Of a DNA stretch of 64,000 bases, positions 59,553 to 64,000 are shown in pieces. The stretch is from Methanotrichaceae archaeon (GTDB lineage Archaea > Halobacteriota > Methanosarcinia > Methanotrichales > Methanotrichaceae), in assembly GCA_963803145.1 (NCBI GenBank), contig CAWDLW010000017.1, positions 96,001 to 160,000 of the forward strand. Direction: 5' to 3'. A program made the position numbers and the translations under genes. Position 1 is the stretch's first letter. Each line of letters begins with the position of its first letter. Under the pieces are notes generated by a model that was given only the letters and a program-made list of their open reading frames with translations, had not been told where the DNA came from and did no database searches.

Positions 59553-60278
59553 TTATATCTTTTCGCTCGCTTGAGAAGAACCGTCTATGACCTGCACAGG
59601 GTTTATGATTATGTTGGAGGTCGCAACTGCGCTCCCGCCCTCAACGGTGTTTATTGCGCTTACTGTTATGCCGCTGACATCTATATTCATGTAGTTGCCG
59701 GGGCTACGTCTTGCGCCCATATTATTCTGGCTATCTGAATTTAGCGCATTATCCACGAGCGTCTCAGGATCAATATTTCCCAAGCTATCCAAGTCATTAT
59801 AATGTTGTTCTTCCTTGCTTGGTTTCCCCTGTACATGTACATCCATTAAATTGGATAAATTAGCAGACCCCGAATTACTTTTCTGGGATTCGTCATAAAG
59901 TATATCCCTTTGTTTTATTTCATTCATTGCCTTGAGGTCCTGCACATTCTCTTCCGACTGGGGACCACTCATGGTTACTTTCTCTTTCTGTGGATGTGCG
60001 GATGCTACTTTTGCATGCGATGTTAAACCTGAGACCTGTTGTGTTGCCCACGGGAAGACGACTGTATTGCCAGGAAGCTTTAGCTGGCCTATGTCAGAGT
60101 TATGTTTATCATAAATCTCGTTGTTCATGAAATTGGCATGAAACTCTTTTACCTTATCGAGTGATCCAGGATTGCTGGAGCTCGAAGGAGATGCCATCCC
60201 TATTGAGATGCAGAGATATATAAAAAGAAAGGCGGTACCCACCAGGACAATTCTGGTGGGTTTTAGGGTAGTATTCAT
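59553..60278 (-). CDS. Secreted hypothetical protein B
   Basis: Signal peptide; same conserved blocks as 57990-58700. Confidence 0.8.
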   Translation of the reverse strand: MNTTLKPTRIVLVGTAFLFIYLCISIGMASPSSSSNPGSLDKVKEFHANFMNNEIYDKHNSDIGQLKLPGNTVVFPWATQQVSGLTSHAKVASAHPQKEKVTMSGPQSEENVQDLKAMNEIKQRDILYDESQKSNSGSANLSNLMDVHVQGKPSKEEQHYNDLDSLGNIDPETLVDNALNSDSQNNMGARRSPGNYMNIDVSGITVSAINTVEGGSAVATSNIIINPVQVIDGSSQASEKI

Positions 60279-60315
60279 TTTGCGTCACTCAGGGCTGAAG
60301 AACCTTGCATTATAT

Positions 60316-60774
60316 TTAGGCGACTGTTAATATTTCCCCGCCCATCTGATTGGTCACTATCTTTACATTATTGACGGCATTACCGGAACCGAATGCCAGA
60401 GCTTGCCTGTCTCCAACCCTAATCTGTTCTGCGTTGATCAAAGGAGTTGTGTTGGTCAGGAAGCCCGTTGTTGAAGAGAATACTGAGTTACCTGATTGCT
60501 GATTCTTCTTGATCTCCAAGTTGTTCTGTGCATTAGGTATGGCACCACAATGTCCCCATGCAGTTCCGAAGGCCAAGGCCCTATCGTTCCCTACTATTAC
60601 GCCATCAAGATTTGCGTTCTCGCCTGGAGGGATTTGCACTGCACTGCCATCTGCCTCAAATATCCCCTGTGCGAGGATATCTACACTGCCACTTCCGCTG
60701 ATTGCGTTCTGTGCCAGAGCTGGCACAGCGAACAATGCCACGGCCAACACCATTACTATTCCTATTTTCTGCAT
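60316..60774 (-). CDS. Secreted two-repeat Asn/Gln/Gly-rich protein A
   Basis: RBS GAGGTGA, signal peptide MQKIGIV...ALA, repeats VGND-x-ALAFG...AQNNLEIKKNQ and VGDRQALAFG...AVNNVKIVTNQ. Confidence 0.82.
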   Translation of the reverse strand: MQKIGIVMVLAVALFAVPALAQNAISGSGSVDILAQGIFEADGSAVQIPPGENANLDGVIVGNDRALAFGTAWGHCGAIPNAQNNLEIKKNQQSGNSVFSSTTGFLTNTTPLINAEQIRVGDRQALAFGSGNAVNNVKIVTNQMGGEILTVA

Positions 60775-61279
60775 AATTCTCACCTCATACATCCTATAAT
60801 ATAGACGTATGTTAACGCTAGATGTACTTATATTTTTTGGTAAGACATACCAATCTAAAAATTACGTTTATTGACATTTCACTGAAGGAATCTCTATTAG
60901 TAGATAATAATGATAGCAATTGATATTGGTAAAATCACATTCGGTTAGCCGTATAATTTCAAAAACACTCCTGACTAACATAGAATATATCCTGTATAAT
61001 AATATTCGTATTAACAAGTCATCGGCCTGAGTCTAATAGTAAAATATGCGCGAATGTCCGGCGAGATAACTATATCATCATAATTATTATGATGATACAC
61101 AGTATAGTATAAATTATACAGTTTATCGAAGCATTAGAAAGGAGTCACAATCAGCAGCTGGCAATCTTTGGAAAATTCAGCCTTCAATGCCATGAAGATT
61201 ACTAAACTAGACTTTTCAGACCATCTGCCCAGCTGGCTTGCTCTATCAGGCAGTTAGTTCAAGGAAGCACAATAGTTTT

Positions 61280-62758
61280 CTACGCAAACAGGAGCTTTCT
61301 CACCTTCATCGTTGCTAGATCTACTATTGGAACGGCAGCAGGCTGCGGCTGTATATTCATCTTCTTCTGGAACTCTGTCTGAGATTGCCATGTACCGCTG
61401 TTTATGACTGCCACACCCTTGTACCTGGCTATGCCTACAGTATGGACATGACCGCAATGTAATATCGCAGGCGGCCTGGATATTACATAATGATCCTCAT
61501 GCTCAGGGGCTATGGAGACTCTGCCACCGTATACAGGACAAAGATGCCTTCTTCTCAGCATCTCAATCATAGCCTTCTCAGGCTCGCCATAAGAGAGCCC
61601 TGGAATTCTGAGGACAAGATCATCGATACTTCGGCCGTGATAAATTAGAAGAGATGTGCCTCCTAAAGTTACCCAAGCAGGATTGCCTACAAAGAGCTTA
61701 TCGCCTTTGAAAAACTTCTGAACGGATTCAGGCAAAGAAGGCTGGGGCTCCGCCTGCCTTACTATGTCATGATTTCCTGGCGCTATGATAATGCTGATGC
61801 CTTCGCGAATGCTGTTAAGGCACAGCGCAGCCTTCTCATATTGCTCATAAATATCTTTAATAGAAAGATCCTCTTCTTGCCCTGGATAAACGCCTATGCC
61901 ATCCACCAGATCCCCTGCTATGACGATATATTTCACCTGAGCAGCCATGCCGGATGGATCGTTCGTCTCGCAGTTCACCCAACTGACAAACCTTTGCCAA
62001 GCATCCTCTAGGAAGTATTTGGATCCGGCATGAAGGTCTGAGGTCAGTAGAGCATAGCCTGTTCCCGCCTCAAGCGGCCTGCATTGATTTGGCATGTCGG
62101 GCCACATTAGAGATTTGATGAATATACGGCCATTTCCGTCTGATACGCCAGTAACGCCCAGCACCTCATCGGGTAGTATGAACTTGGATTGATCAAAGAT
62201 CTCCGAGTCCTTCTGGATTATGGCTGTGACCATGCCTGTTGGGTCCTCCAATTCTAGTATGCGATTGCCCTTGGCGGTGGTCCTGACATCCATTATCATT
62301 CCTATGAGCGAGACCTCTCTGCCAGATGTGCCTTTGCCCAGGCTCTCTATCGGTCGGGAGTTCAGTCTTCCGGATAGCATCTCCCTTATCTTGGAATACC
62401 TATCACGGAAGTATCTGATGAAATCCTCATACTCCCCTATACAGGTGGATCTTCCTGTTATATCGCAGTTTAGCTCCGCCTTAGGTATGATAGGCTGATC
62501 TGCAGGTGGTGCTGGGTACTTATCCTTGAGTGGCTTGATCACAGTGCAGTTATGAGGAACTACTTGTAATGGCTGCGTGCTGTCAGTTACTATGCATGAG
62601 ACATGAGAAGCATTGACCACTGCAATAGAGCCATCAAGGCTGCTGATGATGCGCCTGATAAGATCATCCTTAATTCCCGGATATGACTTAATGATCTCCA
62701 GGGCATCAGGATCGAGTTGATAGCCCTGCTCGGCAAACCTCTGCACTATCTCAAGCAT
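61280..62758 (-). CDS. polB: DNA polymerase D small subunit (DP1, proofreading exonuclease)
   Basis: YFRDRY, LEDPTG OB fold, SDLH, AGDLVDGIGVYPGQ, PGNHD, YHG, HCGHVH, NSGTWQ. Confidence 0.93.
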   Translation of the reverse strand: MLEIVQRFAEQGYQLDPDALEIIKSYPGIKDDLIRRIISSLDGSIAVVNASHVSCIVTDSTQPLQVVPHNCTVIKPLKDKYPAPPADQPIIPKAELNCDITGRSTCIGEYEDFIRYFRDRYSKIREMLSGRLNSRPIESLGKGTSGREVSLIGMIMDVRTTAKGNRILELEDPTGMVTAIIQKDSEIFDQSKFILPDEVLGVTGVSDGNGRIFIKSLMWPDMPNQCRPLEAGTGYALLTSDLHAGSKYFLEDAWQRFVSWVNCETNDPSGMAAQVKYIVIAGDLVDGIGVYPGQEEDLSIKDIYEQYEKAALCLNSIREGISIIIAPGNHDIVRQAEPQPSLPESVQKFFKGDKLFVGNPAWVTLGGTSLLIYHGRSIDDLVLRIPGLSYGEPEKAMIEMLRRRHLCPVYGGRVSIAPEHEDHYVISRPPAILHCGHVHTVGIARYKGVAVINSGTWQSQTEFQKKMNIQPQPAAVPIVDLATMKVRKLLFA

Positions 62759-62799
62759 CGAAAGGGGTATAAGAGCGTACAAGCTGATAAATATGGCTG

Positions 62800-63600
62800 A
62801 TGAGTATCCGAGAACGGTTCGACAATCTCCCACTCCCTGGGTTCGTCAAAGATATAATATTCGTAGTGGTGGTTGTGGGAGTCATCTCCCTGGTATCGCA
62901 GATAGCCGTGGGCCTTTGGACTCCCATGGTTGCAGTGGAATCCGGCAGCATGGTTCCTAACCTGAATATCGGCGACATAATAGTGGTGCAGGGAGCATCT
63001 AGGACAGATGTCATAACATGGGATGATGCAGAAAAGACCGGCTATAAAGCATTCAATAATCCGGGAGATGTCATATTATACCGACCTTACGGCAAGGAGA
63101 GTTTAAACTTAGTTGATCAGGCAAAGGCACTTCTGGGATTGGGTATCCCGCAGGATAAGGCCACGCCTATAATTCACCGCGCGCTAAGCTATGTGGAAAA
63201 GGGAACGCCCATGTGGAGCGGAGGCCCTGACGCACCTTTTTCGGGCTACATAACAAAAGGTGATCATAACGATGTCATAGACCAAAATGCTGGAACCATC
63301 TTTGGTATGGCCAATATCACATATCTACAGGTGCATAGGGACCAGATAACGCAGGTCGGCAGTGGAATATATATGGATAAAAATACTGGTTTGATCATCT
63401 ACCAGAGCCCTCCTATTGACCTTGGCATCATTGGCCTGAAGAATGGAACCTATGTAGGAGAAGGCATAAGCTACTTTACGCCTGTAGAAAAGGATTGGGT
63501 AATTGGTGTTGCAAGAATCAGAATTCCAATAATCGGATACATCAGGCTTCTGCCGAATATAATCGCTGATGAAATTATGAAGATCCTGGGAAGGTCTTAG
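62800..63600 (+). CDS. sec11: Signal peptidase I (S26B, Sec11 type)
   Basis: VESGSMVP, GDII, PIIHRA, ITKGD, IP-x-IGY. Confidence 0.88.
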   Translation: MSIRERFDNLPLPGFVKDIIFVVVVVGVISLVSQIAVGLWTPMVAVESGSMVPNLNIGDIIVVQGASRTDVITWDDAEKTGYKAFNNPGDVILYRPYGKESLNLVDQAKALLGLGIPQDKATPIIHRALSYVEKGTPMWSGGPDAPFSGYITKGDHNDVIDQNAGTIFGMANITYLQVHRDQITQVGSGIYMDKNTGLIIYQSPPIDLGIIGLKNGTYVGEGISYFTPVEKDWVIGVARIRIPIIGYIRLLPNIIADEIMKILGRS

Positions 63601-64000
63601 ACCTTTTTGGCTATTACGGCCCAGTGATCATGATGGAATGGCTGGAGATCAGTTGAATACTGCACCTCCATGCCTTTCAGTTCTTCTATTTCAGATTTGT
63701 AAACATCTTTTGGCGAAGCTGTTACGTCTATCGACCTCGTCTTGATCATGAGCAGCAGACAGCCTCCAGGTTTAAGGTATCTAGAAGCATTCAGCACTGC
63801 TATTTCAGCCTGATTGCGCTGTGCTACATCCTGGTAGATAACATCAACGGGCTCAACAAGCGCGCAATACATCTCCGGCCTAGCTGCATCGGCCAGTATG
63901 GGCACTATATTTTCACGCGCCTCGCATAATCTGAGAAGGTCGCGCATAGAGCGCGAGGAGAACTCAACTGCATATACGAGACCTTCGCTTACTACATCGC
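63597..64000 (-). CDS. flpA: Fibrillarin-like rRNA/tRNA 2'-O-methyltransferase, 5' end outside window
   Basis: VYAVEFS, NIVPILADA, DVIYQDVAQ, IKTRSID, PFHHDH. Confidence 0.93.
   Translation of the reverse strand, partial: DVVSEGLVYAVEFSSRSMRDLLRLCEARENIVPILADAARPEMYCALVEPVDVIYQDVAQRNQAEIAVLNASRYLKPGGCLLLMIKTRSIDVTASPKDVYKSEIEELKGMEVQYSTDLQPFHHDHWAVIAKKV

Noticed and set aside
60800-61250. Replication origin in the AT-rich gap near DP1/sec11
   Set aside because: No ORB-like repeats were recognised and there is no cdc6 gene in the window.

Overview
Archaeal chromosomal window. The evidence is Alba, TBP, fibrillarin, PolD small subunit, Bud32, archaeal RibC, a Pab1020-type RNA ligase, a PGF-CTERM protein and an intron-containing tRNA-Thr. 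Gene content suggests a Methanosarcinales/Methanotrichales methanogen, probably Methanothrix-like (inference). Housekeeping and transport genes at 1-15 kb and 37-64 kb flank a ~22 kb accessory island (15.0-36.8 kb) made almost entirely of signal-peptide proteins, with an intact IS630 and an IS481 remnant. The best candidate for a new system is in this island. Three tandem secreted proteins have a conserved leader, a hypervariable core on a shared cysteine framework (8/10/8 Cys) and a nearly invariant Cys4-repeat/Pro-rich C-terminal module. Orphan leader/promoter stubs and tail remnants point to repeated cassette turnover. The same tail occurs on unrelated cargo domains. Nearby are a secreted two-domain thioredoxin (CPPC/CGYC), three secreted C45 Ntn-hydrolases, a chagasin-type inhibitor and a DM9 lectin. 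A second candidate is a duplicated two-gene cassette of secreted Asn/Gln/Gly-rich repeat proteins with amyloid-like features (58.0-60.8 kb); one copy appears to start at ATT. Also seen are a TetR-type palindrome shared by tetR and a CDF operon, and head-to-head TATA boxes in front of tbp. All family calls come from motif recognition by eye; no database searches were run.
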